A stretch of DNA of 63,428 nucleotides, counting the filler, from Licmophora abbreviata (Eukaryota), in the NCBI GenBank assembly GCA_900291995.1. It is 10 parts of 10 records of this genome, joined end to end, with 100 filler letters (N's around TTAATTAATTAA, not from the genome) between each part and the next. Parts side by side here need not be neighbours in the genome. Positions count along the whole stretch, not along the records: positions 1 to 2,755 come from OLMU01003045.1; positions 2,856 to 5,944 come from OLMU01003046.1; positions 6,045 to 9,679 come from OLMU01003047.1; positions 9,780 to 12,339 come from OLMU01003048.1; 6 more parts are not named here. One strand, 5' to 3'. A program made the position numbers and the translations under genes. Every line of letters begins with the position of its first letter. The stretch's first letter is position 1. Under the pieces are notes generated by a model, which was not told the DNA's origin, did no database searches, and saw only the letters and a list, made by a program, of their open reading frames with translations. This document shows, in pieces, positions 1-9,904 of the stretch.

Positions 1-2609
1 GCAGTCACTTTGGGTCGCTTCCGCTTTCGTTTGCTAGCCTCGGCTTCGGCCTCTTCCGCTTTTGCTTGCTTTTCCATCATGCGAAGGAACTGCTTTTCTG
101 TCAATCCGTCGTCATATGCCACGGCCTTGCGTTTCCGCGAGTCGCCAAGAGGGTGAAGAGCGCTGTTTGAAGTATTCGACGGTCGCGCAGGGTTCTTGAT
201 CCAGTCCGGAACATCGTCGGGGCTAGTGTACATGTGCAGATGTGTCGAAGCGTTCAAATTGTCCACCTCGGTGTACAGCTCGAAGTCAGCCTCGTTATTA
301 CTGAGTAGCTCGTTGATATTCTCATTGTCAGTAGCGTCGCTGTCCGCATCTGCAGTGTCTGCCACCTCAGAGTCGGAGACCTCGTCAATTTCTGAAGCCT
401 TGAGATTCGACGTTGTGGTGTCAAAATCGGTCAGTAGAACTTCCATCATGCGCTTGCGCTCAAGACTATTGTCTTTCTCGACACTGCTCTTGTCGAACTT
501 GCCAGCCTCGACAACGAGCTCGCTCATGTTTAACTTCTCCGTTGCACGGCTCAAGATCTTCTCTTCGACCGGCGAATTAGTTACGAGGCGGAATACGCTA
601 ACGTTCTGTCGCTGCCCTATTCTATGCGCCCGGTCCTGAGCCTGAAGATCCATCATTGGATTCTGAGCGGGCGTCGAGGAGAGGTGCGAAGTGAAGAGCC
701 GAGATAATTAGGATAAAATGTGCCACCAAGACGTCCGTACTAAAACATATAGCCAAGAGTGTACGTACCCAGTCGGAATCAAAGATAATGACGACGTTTG
801 CTGTCGCAAGGTTGAGTCCGAGTCCACCCGCGCGGGTCGAAAGCAGCTGTGCGAGGATTGTCCGGGGTAGGTAAGCGGCAAATAACGAGCGCGAAGAGCA
901 CAACCATCTTGACACGCCAAGGACAAACTTACAAACACGAAGTATGGCGAATCGGGAGCATTGAACTGGTACATGCGCTTCTCGCGTTCCTCTGCCGGAG
1001 TCGATCCATCCAAACGCAAGGCGGAGTATCCGCGCAATGCAAAATAATCCTCGAGGATCGTCATGACTGCAGTCATCTGCGTAAACATTAGGACGCGGTG
1101 CCCACCAGCTTTGAGCTTTGGTAACATTTGATCCAACAGATGGAACTTTCCCGACGACCGAATAAGATTTTCGTCAACATGATAGCCTTCCGGGGAGAAC
1201 AAGAAGGGATGGTTGCAGACCTTGCGTAGCTGCATCACGACATTGTTGAGTCCTCGAGTAGGCTGCTGCTGCTCAACGAAGCCTGTGCCGAGGATGGACT
1301 TGTCTGCAGTTGCCTTCGCGCTGATCTGCTTGTAAAGTTCTTTCTGCCACGACGACAAATCGCATCGAAGTATCTTCTCAACCTTTTCAGGGAGCTGGTC
1401 AAGGACTTCACTCTTAACACGACGGAGCATAAATGGGCGAAGAAGCTCGTGAAGTCGGTGAATGATGAGCATTCTTTCTTCATTTGTCAACATCTGATCC
1501 GTACTTTCTTCGATTGCAGAAGACGCGCCGTAATTCGCGAACGGACGGTTGAACCATTGGTCAAACGATTCGACGGAATTGAAAATAGTCGGCAGCAAGA
1601 AGTTCAAAAGAGCCCAGAGCTCTGGGAGATTGTTCTAAAAGCAAACATAGACGGACATTGTTAGCGCCACATTGGACAGGGCGTTTTTGAACTTGCATCG
1701 GACAACGCGAGTCTCACCTGGAGAGGTGTTCCCGTCAAGAGGATGCGATTATTGGTTGAGTACATCGTACTCAAAGTGACGGCGAACTTGGACTGAGCGT
1801 TTTTCATTCTGTGCCCTTCGTCGACGATTGCATACTGCCACATAACCTTTCGGAGACTGGCCTTGTCCTTAATAATGTACTCGTATGTGGTGAGGAGCAC
1901 GTTGAACTGTCCCGTTCGTACTTCTTCTCTGTAGAGTTCCTTGCGCTGCTGAGGCGTTCCCTTGTAAGTGATCACTCTCGCTGATGGACACCACTTTTGA
2001 AACTCGTTCTGCCAATTCGATAGAGTCGACAGCGGTACGATGATGAGAAACGGGCCGAGGTTATTCTTGAACTCCATCAAGTACGCTATCAACGAAATTG
2101 CTTGGATAGTCTTTCCGAGTCTGTCGAAATAAGAGCGAGAATACATTGACGAAAACGTTAGAAGCCACAAAAAGAAACGAACGCTGCGCAGCAACAACAT
2201 TGAAAAGTACTGACCCCATTTCATCGGCCAAGATTCCATTGAGCTTGTTATTGTACAATGACACCATCCACTGCAGACCCGCAACTTGATACTCTTTCAA
2301 TTCGCCACCGACCAACATTGTCGGCTGTCGGACTTCTTCCGTCTTGAGATGAGCCGACGCGTAGTACGAGCCGGTTGATGCGGAGGACGCAGTGGCAAAC
2401 TCAGCTGCGTTGCGGTCCTCGTCTGATCGCCTCTGGAGCAGCGACGATATCTGCGTTATACATTCGTCTGTCTTGCCGAGTAAAAACTTGAGACGCTCGT
2501 TCTTGGTCGACTCCAGAAGTTTGGAGTACGCAGCCATATCATTCGAACGGAGAGCAGCCAAACGGGCACGCTCAGCTTGATCGGCTTCCTTTTCTTTCTT
2601 CTTTTCTTC
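1..2609 (-). CDS. BRM: SNF2/BRM (SMARCA2/4-like) chromatin-remodelling ATPase, partial at both ends; exons ~2609-2215, 2120-1718, 1634-933, 846-769, 662-<1
   Basis: Spliced product has [33 protein letters not shown] (Walker A), [58 protein letters not shown] and a SnAC-like [20 protein letters not shown] introns restore the frame at each junction. Confidence 0.93.
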
Positions 2610-2755
2610 CTTAAGATAGAACAGAGAGCTTGCTGTGACGGTGGCAACCACAGTGTCTGAGCTGTCAAGACGCTTCACGCCGCTGCGCCGCGACGAAAAA
2701 GGCGGGTGTGAAGCCCTTTTTGCGCGCGGCGTGCGGTACCAACACCCGATGCAAA

Positions 2756-2855
2756 NNNNNNNNNNNNNNNNNNNNNNNNNNNNNNNNNNNNNNNNNNNNT
2801 TAATTAATTAANNNNNNNNNNNNNNNNNNNNNNNNNNNNNNNNNNNNNNNNNNNN
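2756..2855. other. Artificial contig spacer (44 N + TTAATTAATTAA + 44 N)
   Basis: Identical 100-nt block occurs nine times; the 12-mer gives stops in all six frames. Confidence 0.99.
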
Positions 2856-5800
2856 CTCGTGCCTGGTAGTAGCGGAAACCGCTCTGGGTGTAGGGGCAGA
2901 AAGCAAGGACGGAGTAGGGGGCGGGGGGATGGTGACATCAATGGCGATGTACCGGGAGGGAGTGAGAGAGGTGGCCGGGAGGTATGTAGGAGAAAGGGTT
3001 ACGCCGACGTCAGCCGGACGCGAGTTGGAGTCAGGGATGAGGTGGGTTGGTTCGGACACCACACAGTGATGAGAGGAAGTGTAACCAGCAACTGGACATA
3101 GTTTGCGACACAAAAGAGTAAGGGTGTCCCGGAGGGTGTGGTGTAAGGGAGATTTACTGGAGTGGCGGCACTGGAAGAGGTGGTCCCCAAGCGGGTCCAA
3201 ACGGGTGCCACAAGTGCAGAGATGATCACGAAGCGCTGCGGGAAGGCACGGGAGACGTAGTTTACGTTGGATGGCAATGCGGAAGGTGGTGTTGGTGAGG
3301 CGATTAGCAACAACACGGCGGGAGGTTTGGGTAAGCGCCACACTGACCCAAGGAGTGGTGGTAGCTGCTGCGTTGGCCGACAAGGCCGGTTGGCTGTGCA
3401 GCGGCGCATGGCGAGTTTGCTTAAAGTGTTTACGGCAGACGGCGCGTTGAAGGCCGGGCAAATTAAGGTGGAGCACAAGACGGTTCAAGTGATAGGATGG
3501 TTCATTCAGCGATGGGTCTGGGCCTCGACGAGGAGGGAGGATGTGGAAGCGGGCTAGAGCCGTTCCAAGAAGGTGATGGAGCTGCAGGAGACGGGTAGAT
3601 GGAGTTTGCCAGTCCTGAAACAGAGCTCGAATGGGAGCGGGTAAATGCGCCGGAGCCGCATTCGGTATGAAAATCCCATTAGTGGCAATCCTGATTGAAC
3701 GGGTGACAGCGATGACAAAGGCCGGAGCGGCAGAAATGGAAGGAGCACGGAAGCCGAGGCCTCCCAGATTAGGTGGGAGAACCGCTAGATGGCGGGCATG
3801 AGGCGGAAGGGAATCAGGCGTGTCGGCAATCCGAGCGAGAAAGGAGTGCAAGATGGCATCGGCTCGGTCGACAAAGGGAGATGTCCAGTCAAATAAAGCA
3901 GGGGTAGAGGAAGAGGGGGGCATGAGAAAGTTGTAGTAAACGTCCGTAGCTAGTAGGTGTGAAATTTTGGTTTGCAGACACAGTCTATAGACGGTAGCCT
4001 GTGTCTGAAGATCAGGGAGTGTTCGGAGGAGGGTATCAACATAGTGCGACAGGTCATCGGCCTTCGCTTGGAGGAAGCGACTGGCAAATGCGTGGCTTCC
4101 CACAGGATGACCTAAGAGGCGGAGGCCGTCGGTGACTTCGGCAGAGGGCGAGAGGAGGTCTGTAGCGGCAGAAATGGCAGTAGCGGTAGCCGCCGGACAA
4201 AGCATATGGCCGGTGGGTGAAGTACCGGTAATGCTGGAGAGGAACTTAGTTTTTGACAGGTTGAGACGGATGCCGTGGGGTGCCCCAAGCTCCGCAAACC
4301 GTCGGAGGAAAAAAGGGAGATCTAGTGTGCGGAGAAGCGCCATAGTGTCATCCAGGTACTGTAAGGAGGTAGAAGGCGCATCAGAAGTTGAACCAGCGGA
4401 TCGAGTGGTAATAGTAGGAGATCGAAGCCGTTCGCGTTCCTGGAGTTCTGCATGTAAAGGGCGTAAGACCGTGAAGAGCACCAAGGAAGCATAAAACGGT
4501 GCAAGTGGGTCACCTTGGGCAAAGCCTTCTGGCTGAGCGAAGCTGGCCCATTCGTTAGTATCGTTTCGGTACCAACACGTGTTGTCGTCAGCATAAATCA
4601 GATCGAAGAAAGGGAGCATGAAGGGGAAATGAAGACAGAGCATGGATCGACAGGAGGCTCGAGAACAAGCATTGAACATATTTTGAATGTCCAAAGCCAA
4701 AAGGACTTGGCTTGAAGGTAAGGCAGTATCCTCTGGGGCGAGGGTACGGGAAACAAACGTGTGAGCGGCATGAACAATGGCATCCATGCCTCCAGGGATG
4801 CCGATACCCAGCTGACCCTCAGTGATCAGCAGGCTGGCAAATTGTTGGCCGTAAATGTGCATGAGGAGCGCACCGAGTACACGGCGGTAGCTAGTACCAG
4901 CTCCTATGGGGCGAAGCTTGGTCAGGTCATGAGGGTCCTTATGGAGGGCCAAGAAGTAGTTGCTGCGGAGAAGGGAGGTTGCCAGCGGTGGTAGATTTCC
5001 CGATAGCAAAGCCTCTGCAACCGCTAGAAAACTAGCTGCATACGGGTGTGTAGGCGGATCATCCGGGTTAAGCGGTGGTGTCGTGTGTAATATCATATCC
5101 CGGAGGAGGTCGGTGTAGTCCCCAAAAGGACCAGCTGCCGTCCCGCGTTTGAGTTTACGACAAGCGGCGAAGAGATCTGGCTGGGCGAGAGAAATCGTGG
5201 CGGTAGAGGAGGTTACTCGGGAATGGGATCGCGTGCGTGGGCCGGGCGGTGAAGAAGCGTTTGACGCAGTAGGGTAGCGGGGTGGATAAAGTGCACTGAT
5301 AAGATCGAGGGTCTCTGGTGTAAGCCGGGCAACCGGTAGCGTGGAGTCGATGCGCGAGGCACACGCCGCAAAGTTGTCCAAATCAGCCGCGGCCTGCGCA
5401 TGTCTGTTTGAACGGGGACTGTATTCGTCTGTTGTGATGGTTGCATCGTTGGCATCATCGGTGGAGCGGAGGTGGGTCGAAGGCGGGAGAATGGAATAAA
5501 GCTCATCAAACAACGGGCGTAACTGTCCGCTAGAGAGTAACTTGAGGCGAGCCGAGACTATAGCATCTGGCGACCTGTAATGGGAATGGGGACCAGGGTG
5601 AAGGATTAAGGGTTGGAAGAGGAACAAGAGGAGAAATGGGAGATCGGAGGAGCGCTGGAAGGCTGGAAGGGGATCGGCGGAAGGCGGTGTATCATAAGGC
5701 ATGACGGCATCGGCACATGCTTGGTGGAGTAGGGATAAGGTAGCATATAATTCTCGGTGGGTAGATCGAGAAAGGGAATAGTAGATATTGCTCCGGATGT

Positions 5801-5944
5801 TCGGAGGAGCAATAGGGTGAACTGCCACGTGCGCTTGCAGCCAAGCGAAGGCATGAGACCAAGCAGCGGGGTCAGCAGTCGGAAAGTGTTGGGCGAAGAT
5901 GGCGGACGTAGTCAAAGAGCGAGAGAAGGAATGTAAAGAGCGCT
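2856..5944 (-). mobile_element. CRE-clade-like non-LTR retrotransposon ORF (RT + CCHC zinc knuckle + restriction-like endonuclease); both ends lie outside the contig
   Basis: Uninterrupted frame across the whole contig. RT motifs: AAGPFG, LRPIGAGTSYRR, QLGIGIPGG, LDIQNMFN, GFAQGDPL (~4503-4517), YLDD (4347-4358), GIRLNLSKT, LLGHPVG, GGLG. Then CTCGTRLDPLGDHLFQC (~3168-3218) and the RLE-type RPADVG...IAIDVT. Confidence 0.9.
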
Positions 5945-6044
5945 NNNNNNNNNNNNNNNNNNNNNNNNNNNNNNNNNNNNNNNNNNNNTTAATTAATTAA
6001 NNNNNNNNNNNNNNNNNNNNNNNNNNNNNNNNNNNNNNNNNNNN
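5945..6044. other. Artificial contig spacer
   Basis: 44 N + TTAATTAATTAA + 44 N. Confidence 0.99.
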
Positions 6045-6319
6045 GGGAAGATCGTCGAACTACTGCGATAGAAAGGGAATCGGGAACTCTGAAAATGCGA
6101 TTGCAAAACATTTCGTGAAACATCGTAGACAATGCAAAGAGCATCCTCGTTGTTCTGATGAGAGGCCTGAATGTATGGACTCTTGCCCACTGTGTTCAGT
6201 CGACGATGCCCTATAGCTTCAGATAGGCGCCGCAGGACTCGCTAATGATAAAGAGAACCCAAGACAGAAAAAGTTGACTGGGAGAGGAGCTCGTTTGTAA
6301 CGTCGCCAATATTGCAATC

Positions 6320-6991
6320 ATGATGATGATGTGGCCGTGCGCGAAGGCCGACGCTACAGGCTCGTCGAGCATTGACATCGAAGCACCTGCCGAGACGGTA
6401 TGGCGCCTGTTGATTGACCTGGACAACGCACCCAAATTTGCTTCTCAGCTTCATTCAGTAGAAAGAATCAAGCCAGACAGCAAGGAATTCGAAGCTGGAA
6501 CCAGTTGGATCGAAACACGGACCTTCAGGGGAAGCAGGATTGTAGTGCACAAGAAAGTCGTACAAACGACAGAAAATCCACACTCCTGCAGTATCAATAT
6601 CAGAGTACAGGATCCAAGTCCGTTCATGTGGAACAAGAATGACGTTGAGACCAGCACTCTAATGGTCCACCCGATCGACGACCGACGGTGCACCCTGATA
6701 TTTTCGTTTGCCTTTTCTTCCTCATCTTGCCTCGCCAGCATGTACATCAACTGCTTTCGCTCTTGTATTTTGCGAGATGGTTACAAGCACTTCAACACAG
6801 AGTTGGAGGAATATGCCGCTGTCGCGCTGTCGCGGAGAAATTGGCTCAAAAAGACACAACGAATACTATTACTGCGCCAGTATGAAAGAAACCAGTCGAC
6901 GGTGCTTATGACCGTGAACCCGTGTGATTTGTCGTGGCTTGCCAGCTTTTGTGCGGCCAAAAATTGTCGCTTGCACAAAGCTTTAAACTAG
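6320..6991 (+). CDS. SRPBCC/START-fold (polyketide cyclase-like) protein, copy 1; C-terminus frameshifted by an 8-bp duplication (probable ancestral stop 6883-6885)
   Basis: IEAPAETVWRLLIDL..P, FEAGTSWIETRTF, STLMVHPID and a terminal ELEEYA helix, all shared with the three neighbouring paralogs. Confidence 0.75.
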   Translation: MMMMWPCAKADATGSSSIDIEAPAETVWRLLIDLDNAPKFASQLHSVERIKPDSKEFEAGTSWIETRTFRGSRIVVHKKVVQTTENPHSCSINIRVQDPSPFMWNKNDVETSTLMVHPIDDRRCTLIFSFAFSSSSCLASMYINCFRSCILRDGYKHFNTELEEYAAVALSRRNWLKKTQRILLLRQYERNQSTVLMTVNPCDLSWLASFCAAKNCRLHKALN

Positions 6992-7438
6992 TGCACGGCA
7001 CCATCTACGAGCGGAGAGATTAGCCGGGCAGGCATTCCTATGGAGTCGTCGGGGGGTCCATTAGACAGCCTCCTTGTAGCTGGAAGCGGGGAAAGCACGA
7101 TCAAGAGGCTTGGATGCTACAGACTTGTCCAATTTCTTTTATGGATCATCGTCGCATGTTCAAAGGGATGTGGATAGGTTGTTTACTACTAGACTGCGAG
7201 TATAGTCGTACATGTCGAAGGCGGGGGGGGGTTGAGTCGTGTCGAGGACCACGCTCGGCTTTCGCTGATGAAAGCTCGAACTGCTCGACTTGATGAAATC
7301 GAGAGCTCGTGAGTCGTGCGCCAAAGACAAACACAACAACATCAAGAGCATGAGCCGCGACGCTGTGGGATGACGACGAGAGCACAAAGACGACAACGAA
7401 CGTCAAGGTCAGTTGAAAATCTCTGCACTGGAGTTTGA

Positions 7439-7966
7439 ATGGGCGGGATTACAACGTCGACGAGTGTCACGGTTCAGGCACCGTGCGCTTTGGTTTGGGA
7501 GACGATAGCCGACCTCGAGATGGCTCCTGAAATCCTCACATGCGTCAAGTCGTTTCAGCGTACTGGAGGAGGTGAATTTGAAGTAGGTACACGATGGAGA
7601 GAAACGAGAGAGTATAACGGCGATGAGGAAATCGTGTTGAACAAGATCATAACAGACATTGTTGCCGATGAAGGGAATCAGCGACAGCTTTGTATTACCG
7701 TCAGCTTCCTCGAAAACGACTCTTTCGCCAAAGAACTCAAGAATGCACAAAATACAAGCACATTGGTTATTCAACCTATTGGGGATACTTCTTGCGAACT
7801 GATAGGGACATTTGGAGTCGAGTTTAGCGGAGTTTGCGCCACTCTGGCCGTGTTACTATGCGGATGCTGCATTGTGAAACTGGGCCGACGCAGATTTCGA
7901 GAAGAACTGGAAGAATATGCGGTGGAAGCACAGCGGCGATACGAGCAGCAGTCACAGGATCGATAG
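7439..7966 (+). CDS. SRPBCC/START-fold protein, copy 2
   Basis: VQAPCALVWETIADLEMAP, FEVGTRWRETREY, STLVIQPIG, FREELEEYAVEAQRR; intronless, 175 aa. Confidence 0.85.
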   Translation: MGGITTSTSVTVQAPCALVWETIADLEMAPEILTCVKSFQRTGGGEFEVGTRWRETREYNGDEEIVLNKIITDIVADEGNQRQLCITVSFLENDSFAKELKNAQNTSTLVIQPIGDTSCELIGTFGVEFSGVCATLAVLLCGCCIVKLGRRRFREELEEYAVEAQRRYEQQSQDR

Positions 7967-8309
7967 AGTGTACAAGTAATGCAGAACTAATGATACAAGA
8001 CGAAGCTAACATACTCTGGTACGTCTATCTCTCTCATGGCATTTTCTGGGTGAGAGTCGAATGAGTCGCGACGGACGACTATCGCGGACGGCGCGCTGAC
8101 GGCGCGTGCTTTCTCTCAAAGTTTTTCTTCCCGCATTTTTTTGTGAACCGCAATGAGGAATACGATGAGGAAGAAGAAATACAGAGGTCAATTCGGTTTT
8201 TGAAGGCAGAATCTTCATCTTGATACAACACCATTCCATCTCCTCAACAAAGTGATTGAAAAGGCGTGTGAGACTCACTTGCTTACAGGAGAAGACCCGC
8301 AACATCGAT

Positions 8310-8882
8310 ATGGGTGGCATGTATTCCTCGCCGCATTCGGCATCCGGCTACGTGGAAGTTGCCGCACCAGCAGAGCTTCTTTGGAACGTCGTATCTGATT
8401 TGGAGGCCGCGCCTCTGATACTATCACAGGTCACTTCGGTGAAGCGAAAGAGCGGAGTGAGGTTTGAAGTCGGCACCAAATGGCGCGAGACAAGAACCTT
8501 CAAGGAGAAAGAGTTCGTACAACATAAGACAATCACAGCGATCACAGAAGACCCATATTCTGTCTCTATCAATGTTAGCTACCAAGAAATGAATTCAAAC
8601 GATCTGAACACTTCAACAATCATGGTGGAGCGTATTGATGAGAATTCATCTCGGCTGCTCGGGACATTTGCTTTTCAGTTCTCTACCTTGAAAGGTCGAA
8701 TTGAAGGTCTCCTGTGTGGTCGATGCATAATCCGCATGGCCCAAGCTTACTTCCAGGACGAAATGGAGGAGTATGCCGCAGCTGCTGAGAAGCGTGCACA
8801 GGGGTCGACCAACTTGAGCCTGCAGGAATTCAACAGAGACCAAAGAGCGAGTAGTGGGTCTAGCGCTCCAGCTGATCAATGA
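8310..8882 (+). CDS. SRPBCC/START-fold protein, copy 3
   Basis: ATG at 8310 (MGGMYSS); VAAPAELLWNVVSDLEAAP, FEVGTKWRETRTF, FQDEMEEYAAAAEKR. Confidence 0.85.
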   Translation: MGGMYSSPHSASGYVEVAAPAELLWNVVSDLEAAPLILSQVTSVKRKSGVRFEVGTKWRETRTFKEKEFVQHKTITAITEDPYSVSINVSYQEMNSNDLNTSTIMVERIDENSSRLLGTFAFQFSTLKGRIEGLLCGRCIIRMAQAYFQDEMEEYAAAAEKRAQGSTNLSLQEFNRDQRASSGSSAPADQ

Positions 8883-8916
8883 CATAACCTTGTCTCATAT
8901 TGCCGACCACGTACAT

Positions 8917-9450
8917 CTAGCTCTGTTCCGCGTCCTTCTCTTCAGTATATCGCCTCTCAGCCTCTACTCGGAAGTCGTCAAGCTCGTGCTCCATCACCGC
9001 GCGACCGGAATTGACCAGGCAGCGACGGCAGAGAACTCCTCGTATACAGCCCCTTACTCCTCCTGGTTGATACCCGAACGTCCCAACCAGTTGACAGGAC
9101 GTATTGTCTATGACCAACACCGTGAGTGTACTTGTACTCTCGACCTCTTCCTCCAGACGGGGTGCGCCCTCAAAACTTGCCCCCACACAGAACTGTAGAG
9201 GGTCCTTGCCAATCTCAGTCACCGTGTTGTTCACAGGAAACTTGCGACCGAAGTACTCTCGCGTTTCTCTATACCGTGTTCCAACTTTAACGTCGCCTTC
9301 ACCTCCTAACTTCTCTATTGCGCTGACGTGAGTCAGAAAACGGGGATACGCATCGAGGTCCAGGATAAGTTCCCACAGTGTATCGGCGGGAGCGTCGACT
9401 TTGATGCTCGACGATTCCGATACCCCCGATCTGGAACAAGCGTTTCCCAT
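8917..9450 (-). CDS. SRPBCC/START-fold protein, copy 4 (inverted)
   Basis: MGNACS start; VDAPADTLWELILDLDAYP, VKVGTRYRETREYFG, MEHELDDFRVEAERR. Confidence 0.85.
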   Translation of the reverse strand: MGNACSRSGVSESSSIKVDAPADTLWELILDLDAYPRFLTHVSAIEKLGGEGDVKVGTRYRETREYFGRKFPVNNTVTEIGKDPLQFCVGASFEGAPRLEEEVESTSTLTVLVIDNTSCQLVGTFGYQPGGVRGCIRGVLCRRCLVNSGRAVMEHELDDFRVEAERRYTEEKDAEQS

Positions 9451-9679
9451 TTCAGTTTGATAGGCAGGCTGGTCATGGACGACTGATATCGAGAGAGAAA
9501 ATAGAAAGCAAGATGCGTCGCGTTGTTATGGACAGCGTAGCAGCTTGTGGTGCAGCAATATCATCGTCACAGTGCAAAAAAGTATCTCGCCCACAAAAAG
9601 TGTGCCGTGTGAGATGCCATAATGGACGGTGATTAGGGGTAAGGATGGTGCCAATCGACTTTGGATTCGAAGTCTACGA

Positions 9680-9779
9680 NNNNNNNNNNNNNNNNNNNNN
9701 NNNNNNNNNNNNNNNNNNNNNNNTTAATTAATTAANNNNNNNNNNNNNNNNNNNNNNNNNNNNNNNNNNNNNNNNNNNN
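9680..9779. other. Artificial contig spacer
   Basis: 44 N + TTAATTAATTAA + 44 N. Confidence 0.99.
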
Positions 9780-9904
9780 CTCGTATACTGCCCACGTGAT
9801 GATTGCCGCCCGGTTCAAGGATGGTATTCACCTGAGCTGGCATTATTAGACGCCATGACTATGCGAGTTACGTTGCGGACTACGACTAGTCAGTAGGACG
9901 CCTA

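Noticed and set aside
196..639. Ser-rich + strand ORF (similarly 32385-33020 and many short Ser/Leu-rich ORFs over Tpr)
   Set aside because: Antisense shadows of Glu/Asp/Lys-rich coding sequence on the opposite strand.
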